Of a DNA stretch of 64,000 bases, positions 1 to 8,942 are shown piece by piece. The DNA is from an uncultured Acidimicrobiia bacterium (GTDB lineage: Bacteria; Actinomycetota; Acidimicrobiia; IMCC26256; JAENVU01), in contig CAWKBF010000001.1 of assembly GCA_963847815.1 (NCBI GenBank), positions 101,184 through 165,183 of the forward strand, read 5' to 3'. The position numbers and the translations under genes were made by a program. Position 1 is the stretch's first letter. Every line of letters begins with the position of its first letter. Under the pieces are notes generated by a model. The model saw only the letters and a list, made by a program, of their open reading frames with translations, made no database searches and had not been told where the DNA came from.

Positions 1-761
1 CCAACAACGATCCGGCACCGCTGACGATCCTCGGCTGGACCCGCCCGAACACCACGGACCGCTTCTCGCACGGCGTGCAGTTCCTGCAGTACCTCGCGAT
101 GACGCCGCAGTGCGCTCAGTTCGTGTGCGGCAAGCTCGCCCGACGCTTCGTCGCCGACCGGCCGGACCCGGCGCTGGTGAGCTCGATGGTGAGCGCCTGG
201 CTGGCGAACGACAGCGCGATCGGCCCGGTCCTGCGGGCGATGATCTCGCATCCGGCGTTCGACGCATCCGCCAACCTCAAGTTCCGGCGGCCCTGGGATT
301 ACTCCATCTTCGGGCTCCGGGCGCTCCGGTGCGCGGTCACCGCGCCGACGAACCAGAACCAGATCAAGAAGGTGAACCAGGCGGTCGAGGACCTCGGCCA
401 GCTCCCGTTCAATTGGCCGGCTCCGAACGGGTACCCCGACGTCGAAGGCGCGTGGCTGAACACGGGGGCGATGCTCGGGCGTTGGAACTGGATCAGTGAC
501 GTGATCGGTCGCGGCTTCCCGCCGATCACCTACAACACGAATGCGCTGCGCGCGTCGATGTACGGCAAGTCGCCGGGCGAGATCTACGACCTCGTCGGCC
601 AGTACCTGATGCTCGAGTCGGTCACGGACGCCGGCCAATCGGTGCTCAACGCCCAGCTGGGATGGACGGACTCGCAGAAACCGACGAACGCGCAGGTCGA
701 CGCCGCGCTTCCGACGATCTTGATCGGCGTGCTGAGCGCCGCGGATGGGCAGTACCGATGA
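1..761 (+). CDS. DUF1800 family protein (5' end outside window)
   Basis: The frame is open from the window edge (codons from nt 3, no stop). The listed ORF 75..761 is its C-terminal part. Its stop overlaps the start of the DUF1501 partner (ATGA at 758-761), the usual DUF1800/DUF1501 pairing. Confidence 0.75.
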   Translation, partial: NNDPAPLTILGWTRPNTTDRFSHGVQFLQYLAMTPQCAQFVCGKLARRFVADRPDPALVSSMVSAWLANDSAIGPVLRAMISHPAFDASANLKFRRPWDYSIFGLRALRCAVTAPTNQNQIKKVNQAVEDLGQLPFNWPAPNGYPDVEGAWLNTGAMLGRWNWISDVIGRGFPPITYNTNALRASMYGKSPGEIYDLVGQYLMLESVTDAGQSVLNAQLGWTDSQKPTNAQVDAALPTILIGVLSAADGQYR

Positions 762-1978
762 ACCTTCGACCGACTCGCCGAACGTTCCTCAAGGGCAGTG
801 CCGCCGTGGCCGGTGCGGCTGCGGTCGCGTCATCCGGCTCGGTGTCGCTCGACCTGCTGCACGGTTCGACCGCGAGCGCCGCGCCGCCTCCCGGCCGCCT
901 GGTGGTCGTCTTCCTGCGCGGTGGCCAGGACCACCTGAGCACCGTGGTCCCGTACACGGAGGCGGCGTACTACGACGCCCGGCCCACGATCGCGATCCCC
1001 GCGGCCGAGGTCCTGGCGCTCAACAGCCAGTTCGGGTTCCACCCGGCAATGCCGCAGATGCATGCGCTGTACCAGGCGGGCCGGCTGGGGGTGGTGGTCG
1101 GGGCCGGCAACCTGGCCGGGAACCGCAGTCACTTCAGCGCCCAGGACCTATGGGAGTTCGGTGCGACGGCGATCCCGTCGGACGCGTCCGGCTGGCTGGC
1201 GCGCTACCTCAATGGCACGTCGACATCGTCGGACTCGCTGTTCCGTGGCCTGACCCTCGGCGACAACGTGAACACGAGCCTCCGCGGCTATCCGGCGCTC
1301 GGGATCGGGCAGATAAGCGAGTTCGGTCTCGGTGGGCAGACCGGCACCAACGCGAACCTGCAGCAGCTCTTCCAAAACGAGTACACGGGCAATGCGCTCG
1401 TCGAGAAGACGGGCACCCGCGCACTGAACGCGGCGACCCAGATCGGCACGCTCTCGGGTTCGACCAGCGTCGATCCGATCGCGCGCGCGTTTGCAGATCT
1501 TGCCGTCGTCCTCGATGCCGGTCTCGGCAGCGAGGTCGCAACGATCAACATCGGCGGCTGGGACACCCACGACAACATGGGGGTCTCGACCGCGGGGGAG
1601 ATGCGTGACCTGCTCGGTGGACTCGACGCGACGCTCGGTGCCTTCCAGGCCGACCTCGATGCCCGAGGCATCACCGATGTCACGACCGTGACCATGACCG
1701 AGTTCGGCCGGCGGGTCGCGGAGAACGGCAGCGGCGGGCTCGACCACGGCTTCGGCTGCACGATGCTGGTGATGGGCGCGCGGGTGAACGGCGGGCACGT
1801 CTACGGCGAGTGGGCCGGCCTCACTCCCGAGGTGATCGGGGCGCGCGGTGATGTGGTGCCGAAGGTCGACTTCCGATCGGTGCTGGGGGACTGCGCCAAG
1901 AACGTCCTCGGACTGGCGAACCCCTCGTCGCTCTTCCCCGGGTACACGTACGCGCCGCTCGGCATCACGCACGCCTGA
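758..1978 (+). CDS. DUF1501 domain protein with twin-arginine signal
   Basis: Internal ATG of ORF 662..1978. The N-terminus MNLRPTRRTFLKGSAAVAGAAAVASSG is a Tat-type signal. The body resembles sulfatase-like DUF1501 (GGWDTHDN motif). Confidence 0.85.
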   Translation: MNLRPTRRTFLKGSAAVAGAAAVASSGSVSLDLLHGSTASAAPPPGRLVVVFLRGGQDHLSTVVPYTEAAYYDARPTIAIPAAEVLALNSQFGFHPAMPQMHALYQAGRLGVVVGAGNLAGNRSHFSAQDLWEFGATAIPSDASGWLARYLNGTSTSSDSLFRGLTLGDNVNTSLRGYPALGIGQISEFGLGGQTGTNANLQQLFQNEYTGNALVEKTGTRALNAATQIGTLSGSTSVDPIARAFADLAVVLDAGLGSEVATINIGGWDTHDNMGVSTAGEMRDLLGGLDATLGAFQADLDARGITDVTTVTMTEFGRRVAENGSGGLDHGFGCTMLVMGARVNGGHVYGEWAGLTPEVIGARGDVVPKVDFRSVLGDCAKNVLGLANPSSLFPGYTYAPLGITHA

Positions 1979-1984
1979 GCGCGC

Positions 1985-2464
1985 TCAGCTGAACCCGGTC
2001 ACGTCCGGGAACGGGAAGACCGCGAGGTCCGACGCGGTGCGAGCAAGTGAGTGGTACTGGCGGTGCGCGAACCACCAGCGGCCGTCCGCCCGTGAGTAGT
2101 GATCGTGGTAGATGCCGTACGCGATGGACTCGCGCCCCTCGTCGACGCTCTGGCGCAGCTCGCACATGTAGAGGCGCGCCTTGGCGCGGTCCGGACCGTC
2201 GGTCTGGAGCTCGACGGCGGTGCCGAGCACGACGAACTGGAAGCGCTCGAACCGCTCGATCGAGCGGGCGATGAAGTCGCCGATCTCCGCAGGCCCGCTG
2301 AACGACAGCGGATCGCCCCGGTGGAGGTCGAGCGCGATGCCGGCGTCGGGTCGGAAGAGGTCGTGGAACTCGCCCCAGGCCTTGCGGTTCACGACGTCGG
2401 CGTAGGCGTCCTGCAATCGGCGCACCGCGATGTAGTCGACGGTCTCACGCAGCTCCGGTTCCAT
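1985..2464 (-). CDS. SnoaL-like / NTF2-fold protein
   Basis: ORF of 159 aa with balanced composition and an N-terminal VRRLQDAYADVVNRKAWGEFHDLF pattern typical of the SnoaL_4 family. Confidence 0.7.
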   Translation of the reverse strand: MEPELRETVDYIAVRRLQDAYADVVNRKAWGEFHDLFRPDAGIALDLHRGDPLSFSGPAEIGDFIARSIERFERFQFVVLGTAVELQTDGPDRAKARLYMCELRQSVDEGRESIAYGIYHDHYSRADGRWWFAHRQYHSLARTASDLAVFPFPDVTGFS

Positions 2465-2540
2465 GGCGTCTCGTACCTTCGGCTGGGGGTCGGATGGTGG
2501 TTTCTACTCGGTGGACGCGATCGTCGCTCGGCTGATCAGG

Positions 2541-3719
2541 TCACCGGTCATAGACGCTGATGACCTCGACATGGAACGTGTGCGGAAAGAGGTCGACCGG
2601 CGTCACGTAGGAGAGCGAGTACCCGGCCTTGCGGAGCAGCGCCGCATCCTTGCCGAGGCTGGTGACGTCGCAGCTGATCAGGATCACTCGCCGGGCGCGG
2701 GTCGACCTGACGACGTCCACGCCGCGCTTCTCGAGGCCCGCGCGGCTGGGATCGGCGACGACGAGATCGACCTTCGGGGCCTTCCACCGGGTGACGTCGG
2801 CCCGAAGCGCCGAGACCGGAAGCCCGTGCAGGTTGACGCGCGCGTCTTCGACCGCACTGCGGTCCATCTCGACGGCGGTCACCGACCAACCGCGGTGGGC
2901 GAGCACCCCGGCGAAGACACCGACCCCGCTGTAGAGGTCGAGCGCGCGCGTCGCGGGCCCGACCTCACCGGCGGAGGTGGCCACGAGATCCGCGAGCGCG
3001 TCGACGCCATCGGCCCGGGTCTGGAAGAACGAGCGGGCGGAGATCTGCCAGGTGTGACCGGCCGCGACCTCGTGGATGTGGTCGAGCCGGACGTCGTCGG
3101 GGAGATCGAGCGCGGTGCCGAGCGGCGTGGGCATGACCAGCCGTTCGCCGGTCCGCGCGCCGCAACGCAGCAGCACGTCGGTCGCGTCGCCGAAGCGGCC
3201 ATTCACGAGGAGGTCCTCGAGAAGTGGATGCGCGACCTGGCACTGCTCCACCTCGACCACGCGGTGCGATCGGTAGCGGCGTAGACCCGCGCGACCACGC
3301 GAGACCGCGGCGTCGACCGTGGTGCGGAAGTCTTGTGCCGGCAGCCGCACCGTCGGGTGCAGGCGTGCGATGTCCTTGTCGCGGGAGAGTCCCAACGCCT
3401 TGGACACGAGGTCGCGCTTGTACTCGACCTGCGCCTCGAGGTCGATGTGCTGCCACTGGCACGCACCGCAGCCGTTCGCCACCTCCGGGCAGGGCGGGCT
3501 GACCCGGTGCGCCGACGGATCGATCACGTCGACGACGCGCGCGTGCACCAGACCCCGTCGCCGTGCCATGGCCTTGACCCGCACCCGCTCGCCGGGGAGC
3601 GCGCCCGGGATGGAGAAGACCTGACCCGCCGGGTCCCGGGCGATCCCGTCGCCGCGCAGCCCGAGCTCGGTGGGCATCAGCTCGATCTCGTTGTCAGGCG
3701 TGGACTCGTGGGTGGCCAT
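2541..3719 (-). CDS. class I SAM-dependent RNA (uracil-5) methyltransferase, RumA/TrmA family
   Basis: TRAM-like N-terminus, Cys cluster CPEVANGCGACQWQH, and SAM motif LDLYSGVGVFAG. Start placed at ATG 3719 (MATHEST...). The longer ORF start at 3863 would overlap the divergent GH5 gene; 3749 is also possible. Confidence 0.85.
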   Translation of the reverse strand: MATHESTPDNEIELMPTELGLRGDGIARDPAGQVFSIPGALPGERVRVKAMARRRGLVHARVVDVIDPSAHRVSPPCPEVANGCGACQWQHIDLEAQVEYKRDLVSKALGLSRDKDIARLHPTVRLPAQDFRTTVDAAVSRGRAGLRRYRSHRVVEVEQCQVAHPLLEDLLVNGRFGDATDVLLRCGARTGERLVMPTPLGTALDLPDDVRLDHIHEVAAGHTWQISARSFFQTRADGVDALADLVATSAGEVGPATRALDLYSGVGVFAGVLAHRGWSVTAVEMDRSAVEDARVNLHGLPVSALRADVTRWKAPKVDLVVADPSRAGLEKRGVDVVRSTRARRVILISCDVTSLGKDAALLRKAGYSLSYVTPVDLFPHTFHVEVISVYDR

Positions 3720-3766
3720 GGTTCCCGTCGATCTCGTGGGGTGGATCATGGGGTCACAATCCAGGC

Positions 3767-5209
3767 ATGATGCCGCTTGTGACTCCACGGCGGGCGATCC
3801 ATCGGGTACTGGTTGCGTTCGTGGTCCTCGCAGTCTGCGCCGGATGTTCCTTCCTGAGTGCACTCGGCCCGGTCGCGGACCGGCCGGTGCCGCTGATCGG
3901 GCATCAGGGTCGGTGGTTCACCGACGCAACCGGTCGGGTCGTGATGCTGCGGGGCATGAACTTCGTCGAGAAGTGGGCGCCGTACACGCCGGCCGCCGCG
4001 GGGTTCGACGACGACGACGCCGCACTCCTCGCCGGGAACGGGTTCAACGCGATCCGCCTCGGTGTCGTCTTCGAGTTCCTGATGCCCCAGCCCGGACAGA
4101 TCGACCGCCCGTACCTCGAGTCGATCGCGAGCACGGTGCGCATCCTCGGGCGGCACGGCATCTATGTGCTGCTCGACTTCCATCAGGACGGCTACGGCCC
4201 TGCGACCCACGGGAACGGCATGCCGCCCTGGGCGACGCTGACCGACGGATTGCCGAACCCACCGGACCCGTTCCCGACGTACTACGTCACGAACCCTGCG
4301 TTGCAGCGCGCGTTCGACAACTTCTGGGCGAACAAGCCCGGGCCGGATGGTGTGCCGCTGCAGACGCACTACGCGACGGCGATGCGCACGGTCGCGTCGC
4401 GGTTCGTGCTGAGCCCCAACGTCATCGGCTACGAAGCGATGAACGAGCCGTGGCCGGGCACGGTGTGGCAGTCGTGCACGACGGGCTGTCCCGACCTCGA
4501 GGCTCAGCTGCTCAAGCCGTTCTACGACCGGATGACCGCGGCGGTGCGCACGGTCGACCCGCGGCGACCGGTGTACGTCGAGCCGTTCGTGCTCTTCAAC
4601 TTTGGTTCTGCGGACACGTCGCTTCCGGGCGCGGGCTCACCGAACGTGCTGTCGACGCACGTGTACGCGTTCGACCGCCCGTCGAACGCCTCAGTGATGG
4701 ACCGGACGGTGACGGCTGCGCAGCGTGACGGCGCGCCAGCGATCGTGACCGAGTGGGGCGACTCGAACGACCCGTCGTTCCTCGACGACTTCACCGACGA
4801 CTTCGACACCCACCTGCTGCCGTGGATGTACTGGTCCTACAACGGCCACCTCGTGACCGACAGCACTCAGCCGTTGGCGCCACCGAACCTCAATCTCACG
4901 GTGCTCGGAGCCCTGGCCCGCCCGTACCCGACGGTGGTGAACGGCACGCCGACACGACTCGCGTTCGAGGCCACAGGCTCGACGCTGGACTTCGAATACA
5001 CGACGGTTCGACCCGACGGGCGGCCGGCATCGAGGCTCTTCAAGACGGTGATCTCGGTGCCGAAGCTGCGCTACCCGTCGGGGTACGCGGTCACTGCCGT
5101 CGGTGCGGACGTCACCTCACGACCATGCGCGAACGCAGTGACCCTGCGCAATCGTCCCGGTGCCGCGACGGTGTCGGTGAAGATCGTTCCGGCCTCGGTC
5201 TGTCACTGA
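3767..5209 (+). CDS. glycoside hydrolase family 5 lipoprotein (endoglycoceramidase-like cellulase family)
   Basis: Signal peptide ending VLAVCAGCS. GH5 acid/base motif in YEAMNEPWPG. Overall resemblance to actinobacterial EGCase-type GH5 enzymes. Confidence 0.8.
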   Translation: MMPLVTPRRAIHRVLVAFVVLAVCAGCSFLSALGPVADRPVPLIGHQGRWFTDATGRVVMLRGMNFVEKWAPYTPAAAGFDDDDAALLAGNGFNAIRLGVVFEFLMPQPGQIDRPYLESIASTVRILGRHGIYVLLDFHQDGYGPATHGNGMPPWATLTDGLPNPPDPFPTYYVTNPALQRAFDNFWANKPGPDGVPLQTHYATAMRTVASRFVLSPNVIGYEAMNEPWPGTVWQSCTTGCPDLEAQLLKPFYDRMTAAVRTVDPRRPVYVEPFVLFNFGSADTSLPGAGSPNVLSTHVYAFDRPSNASVMDRTVTAAQRDGAPAIVTEWGDSNDPSFLDDFTDDFDTHLLPWMYWSYNGHLVTDSTQPLAPPNLNLTVLGALARPYPTVVNGTPTRLAFEATGSTLDFEYTTVRPDGRPASRLFKTVISVPKLRYPSGYAVTAVGADVTSRPCANAVTLRNRPGAATVSVKIVPASVCH

Positions 5210-5292
5210 CGAGGCCGCCGGAGCGCACGGGATCCCGCGGCCCGGCGATCGCGCTCCGGTGACCTTTGCCAGCACGGTGCCGGGACCTCCCG

Positions 5293-6066
5293 TCAGGGCC
5301 AGCTGACCCCGAACGTCGACGCGTCGAGGATCCTGCCCGTGAAGTCGGTCGCGATCTGCTGCGCGAGGAACACCGCCGCGGGGACGACCGCCTCCGGGCC
5401 CTTCCATCCCGACCAGTCGTGGTCCTCGCCGTACTCGAGCGTGGTGAGCTCGGTCCTGATCGCGCCGGGTCTCAACGCGTTCACCGTGATGCCGCGCTCG
5501 ACGAGCTCCGGAGCGAGCGCACTGGAGAAGCGCTCCAGCGCGGCCTTCGCGACGGAGTACGTGAGGTAGCCCGGGGGCATGTATGGCGTGACCGCATGGT
5601 CCGCGCCGTGCGACGACATGTTGACGATGCTGCCGCCGCCCTGCGCGGTCATGTGGGGCTCGACCAGCTTCGTCAGCAGGAAGAGGCTGCGCACGTTGAC
5701 GCGCATCGACTCGTCCCACATCTCGGCGGTCGAGTCATCGAACGTCGCCTGAGTCGGCGCCATCGCGTTGTTCATCAGCACGTCGACGCGCCCGTACTCA
5801 TCGATGGTGCGCGCGACCAGCGCCTCGAGATCGGTCTCGACCCCGATGTCGCAGCGCACCGCGATCGCCCGCCCACCGGCGTCCGTGATCGCGTCGACGG
5901 TCGCGTCGATGGTGCCCGGCATGTCGGTGGGGGTGGCCCGGGCGGAGCGGGCGGCGCACACCACGGCCGCGCCGCGCTCGGCGTACCCGAGGGCCAGGCC
6001 CTTCCCGATCCCACGCGACGCACCCGTCACGATGATCACCCGGTCGTCGAGCTCGTTCGTTGTCAT
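5293..6066 (-). CDS. SDR family oxidoreductase
   Basis: Start at the internal ATG (MTTNELDDRVIIVTGASRGIGKG). Rossmann TGxxxGIG motif and catalytic YSVAKAAL. Confidence 0.85.
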   Translation of the reverse strand: MTTNELDDRVIIVTGASRGIGKGLALGYAERGAAVVCAARSARATPTDMPGTIDATVDAITDAGGRAIAVRCDIGVETDLEALVARTIDEYGRVDVLMNNAMAPTQATFDDSTAEMWDESMRVNVRSLFLLTKLVEPHMTAQGGGSIVNMSSHGADHAVTPYMPPGYLTYSVAKAALERFSSALAPELVERGITVNALRPGAIRTELTTLEYGEDHDWSGWKGPEAVVPAAVFLAQQIATDFTGRILDASTFGVSWP

Positions 6067-6122
6067 GCCCGGCAGCCTTTCATCCGGGCCCTGCGGCAGC
6101 GATCCCGGTGACTCGGCGTTCG

Positions 6123-6863
6123 CTACGTCTCGGCGATGAGGCCCGTAGGGATGGCCGGCAGGTGGGCGATCGCCGCGATGAGGTGCTCGGTCCACACCTC
6201 GTCGAGCTGCGCGAGGAACGGTGAGCTCTCCTCGATGCGGAGCTCGTCGACGTGCAGCGACCCGTTGCGGTAGATCGCCGCGTCGTACGGCGGACCGACC
6301 GACAGGTTGGCGCGCGCCGTGCTCGTCATCGAGCTGAGTGCGACCTTGCCCGCGGTCTCGATGTCGACGTGCGCCCGCACGGCCAGCTCGAGCAGGAACT
6401 TGCCGTACTTGCTCTCGCCGATCTGCAGGAACGGCAGGTCGTCCGACGCCCGGATGTAATTGCCCTCGGGGTAGACGAGCAGGATGTCGGCCCGCTCGCC
6501 GGAGATCTGCCCACCGAGGATGAACGTCGCGGTGCCGTCGGCGTTGATGGTCGCGAGCGCCTCGTAGTGCTCCGCCGCGACCTCACGGCTGAGCCGGCCG
6601 ATGTACAGCGCCGCCTCGAACAGGTGCTTGACCGTCGCCAGGCTCTCGGAGGCGTTCGTCTCGAGGTCGCGGGAGATGCGGTCGAGGACCTCCTGGGTGG
6701 TGGCGAGGCTCCCGGCCGACTCGATCACGAAGACGCGGTCGTCCGCCGGGCGCAGCACGTGCTGCTTTCGGTAGGTGCCGACATTGTCGACGCCGGCGTT
6801 GGTGCGGGTGTCGGCGAGGAAGAGCAGACCCTCGTCGAGGCGAAGGGCAAGGCAGTAGGTCAC
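6123..6863 (-). CDS. proteasome-type protease (Anbu, ancestral beta subunit family)
   Basis: N-terminus MTYCLALRLDEGLLFLADTRTNAG, with Thr directly after Met. Length of 246 aa is typical of the Anbu / COG3484 family. Confidence 0.75.
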   Translation of the reverse strand: MTYCLALRLDEGLLFLADTRTNAGVDNVGTYRKQHVLRPADDRVFVIESAGSLATTQEVLDRISRDLETNASESLATVKHLFEAALYIGRLSREVAAEHYEALATINADGTATFILGGQISGERADILLVYPEGNYIRASDDLPFLQIGESKYGKFLLELAVRAHVDIETAGKVALSSMTSTARANLSVGPPYDAAIYRNGSLHVDELRIEESSPFLAQLDEVWTEHLIAAIAHLPAIPTGLIAET

Positions 6864-6970
6864 GCCGAGACTCTACGGACTCGAGCCTTGATCGAAACCA
6901 TCGTCCGACTGTTGATGCGTCACGTTTGGCGTCTCTGCACCGGGTTCCCAACCGGCCGTAGTCTGCGGGC

Positions 6971-7435
6971 ATGCACGGAGCGGTGACGGTGAACATGGCG
7001 GCGACGCCCGACGAGGTGTGGAAGCTCGTGAGCGACGTGACCCAGATCGGCCGCTACAGCCCGGAGACCTTCGAGGCCGAGTGGATCGACGGAGCGACCG
7101 GTCCCGAGGTAGGTGCGAGGTTCCGCGGGCACGTGAAGCGCAACGGCATCGGCCCGAAGTACTGGACCACGTGCACCGTCGTGGAGAGTGAGCCCGGCCG
7201 TGAGTTCTCCTTCGGCGTCGGCAACAGCGACATCCCGCTCAACGTCTGGCGCTATCGCCTGAAGCCGGTGGGCGACACGACCGACGTCACCGAGTCCTTC
7301 GAGCTCATCGACAACTTCGGCATGCGGCTCTACTGGCTGATGCTGGGCTGGGCTCGCGGGAAGCGCAACCGCAACGACATGCGCACGACCCTCGAGCGCA
7401 TGAAGGCGGTCGTCGAGGCCGACGCGCGCCCCTGA
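6971..7435 (+). CDS. SRPBCC family protein (polyketide cyclase/dehydrase-like fold)
   Basis: ORF of 154 aa. The N-terminal VNMAATPDEVWKLVSDVTQIGRYSPE pattern is typical of SRPBCC ligand-binding proteins. Confidence 0.7.
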   Translation: MHGAVTVNMAATPDEVWKLVSDVTQIGRYSPETFEAEWIDGATGPEVGARFRGHVKRNGIGPKYWTTCTVVESEPGREFSFGVGNSDIPLNVWRYRLKPVGDTTDVTESFELIDNFGMRLYWLMLGWARGKRNRNDMRTTLERMKAVVEADARP

Positions 7436-7508
7436 CGCCGCGTTCTCGGCCCGCTGAGGCACCGTAGGGGAGCCTGAACGTGCCGAGAAGGGACGCACGG
7501 AGAAGGGG

Positions 7509-8066
7509 CTACGGCTGACGGCCGACGAACGCGATGAGCTTGGTCTGGTCGTCGGCTTCGTCGGGGACGACCACGCGCGGGCCGTACTGGCCACTCGCGC
7601 GGAGCATCTCGTCGACGGGTTCCATCTCGACGAGCAGCGCGGCCACCTCGTCGGGGTCGAGGGTCTCGTCCAGACCGGTCGCCCGCGCGAGATCCCAGGT
7701 GTGGATGAGGATGTCGTTCGTGCAGAACGTGTTGATGGCCGCTTCGATGGTGTAGGTCGTGTCCTGCATCTCGAATTCGAACTCGCGGGTCGCGACCGCC
7801 GGGTCCGCGAACGCGTCGCGCAGGCCGGCGTCGAGGGTGGCCCAGGCCGCGACCGGGTCATCGTCGACGGACGGTCCGGTGGGCAGGTTGAGCGCGGCGA
7901 AGCTCGAGAAGAAGCCCGGCACCCACTCGACCAGGTGGCGGACGACGTCCCGAGCCACCCAGCCGTCGCACGGGGCCGGGTTCTCCCAGGCTCCGTCAGG
8001 CACTGCCGTGACGCGTTTCGTGAACTGGGTCGCCACCGTGTCGTAACGCTCGGAGTACTGGCTCAC
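7509..8066 (-). CDS. TIGR03086 / DinB-like metal-binding protein (mycothiol maleylpyruvate isomerase N-terminal domain family)
   Basis: Start moved to GTG 8066, which is preceded by AAGGAG at 6-nt spacing (minus strand AAAGGAGCCGACGGTG). Sequence VSQYSERYDTVATQF...WVARDVVRHLVEW. Confidence 0.75.
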   Translation of the reverse strand: MSQYSERYDTVATQFTKRVTAVPDGAWENPAPCDGWVARDVVRHLVEWVPGFFSSFAALNLPTGPSVDDDPVAAWATLDAGLRDAFADPAVATREFEFEMQDTTYTIEAAINTFCTNDILIHTWDLARATGLDETLDPDEVAALLVEMEPVDEMLRASGQYGPRVVVPDEADDQTKLIAFVGRQP

Positions 8067-8167
8067 CGTCGGCTCCTTTGCTCGTCCGGCCCTTTGACGA
8101 CTAGGACGAGCGTCAGCGTAGATACTCATCGGTCGAGCACGGCCGCTGACCGAAGAGGAGCACCGCA

Positions 8168-8938
8168 ATGCAGATCGCCGGTTCTGGAGCCCTGGTGACG
8201 GGAGGGGCGTCCGGCCTCGGGGAGGCCACGACCAAGCTGCTGGTCGAGCAGGGCGCCCGGGTCACCATCTTCGACATGAACGCCGCGAAGGGCGAAGCGC
8301 TCGCGGCGACCCTGGGCAACGGTACGCAGTTCGTCGCCGGCGACGTCACCTCGGAGGCTGACACCGCGAACGCGGTGGCGACCGCAGGGTCCGATGCGCC
8401 GTTGCGCATCGTCGTCGCGTGCGCCGGGGGTGCCCGGGGCGGGGGCCGCACCGTCGACCGCAACGGTGAGCCTCACACGCTGGACCTCTTTCAGGACACC
8501 GTGAACCTGAACCTCGTCGGCTCGTTCAACACTGCGCGGCTCGCCGCCGCGGCGATGAGCAAGAACGAAGAGGCCGAGGACGCGGAGCGCGGCGTGATCA
8601 TCACGACAGCCTCGATCGCGGGCTTCGAGGGCCAGATCGGTCAGATCGCGTACGGCGCCGCGAAGGCCGGCATCATCGGGATGACGATCATCCTGGCGCG
8701 AGACCTCGCCGCGATCGGCGTGCGCGCGAACTGCATCGCGCCGGGAACGATCGGCACGCAGGTGTGGGACATGGCTCCGGTCGAGCTGCGCGAGAAGCTC
8801 GAGGCCAAGGTTCCGTTCCCGCGCCGGTTCGGCCTGCCGGAGGAATTCGCGGCGCTGGCCGAGCACATGATCACGAACCGGTACCTGAACGGTCAGGTCA
8901 TCCGCCTCGACGGCGCGATCCGCTTCGATCCCAAGTAG
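8168..8938 (+). CDS. SDR family oxidoreductase, 3-hydroxyacyl-CoA dehydrogenase (type II) like
   Basis: VTGGASGLGEA Rossmann motif and catalytic IAYGAAKAG. 256 aa. Confidence 0.85.
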   Translation: MQIAGSGALVTGGASGLGEATTKLLVEQGARVTIFDMNAAKGEALAATLGNGTQFVAGDVTSEADTANAVATAGSDAPLRIVVACAGGARGGGRTVDRNGEPHTLDLFQDTVNLNLVGSFNTARLAAAAMSKNEEAEDAERGVIITTASIAGFEGQIGQIAYGAAKAGIIGMTIILARDLAAIGVRANCIAPGTIGTQVWDMAPVELREKLEAKVPFPRRFGLPEEFAALAEHMITNRYLNGQVIRLDGAIRFDPK

Positions 8939-8942
8939 CGGG

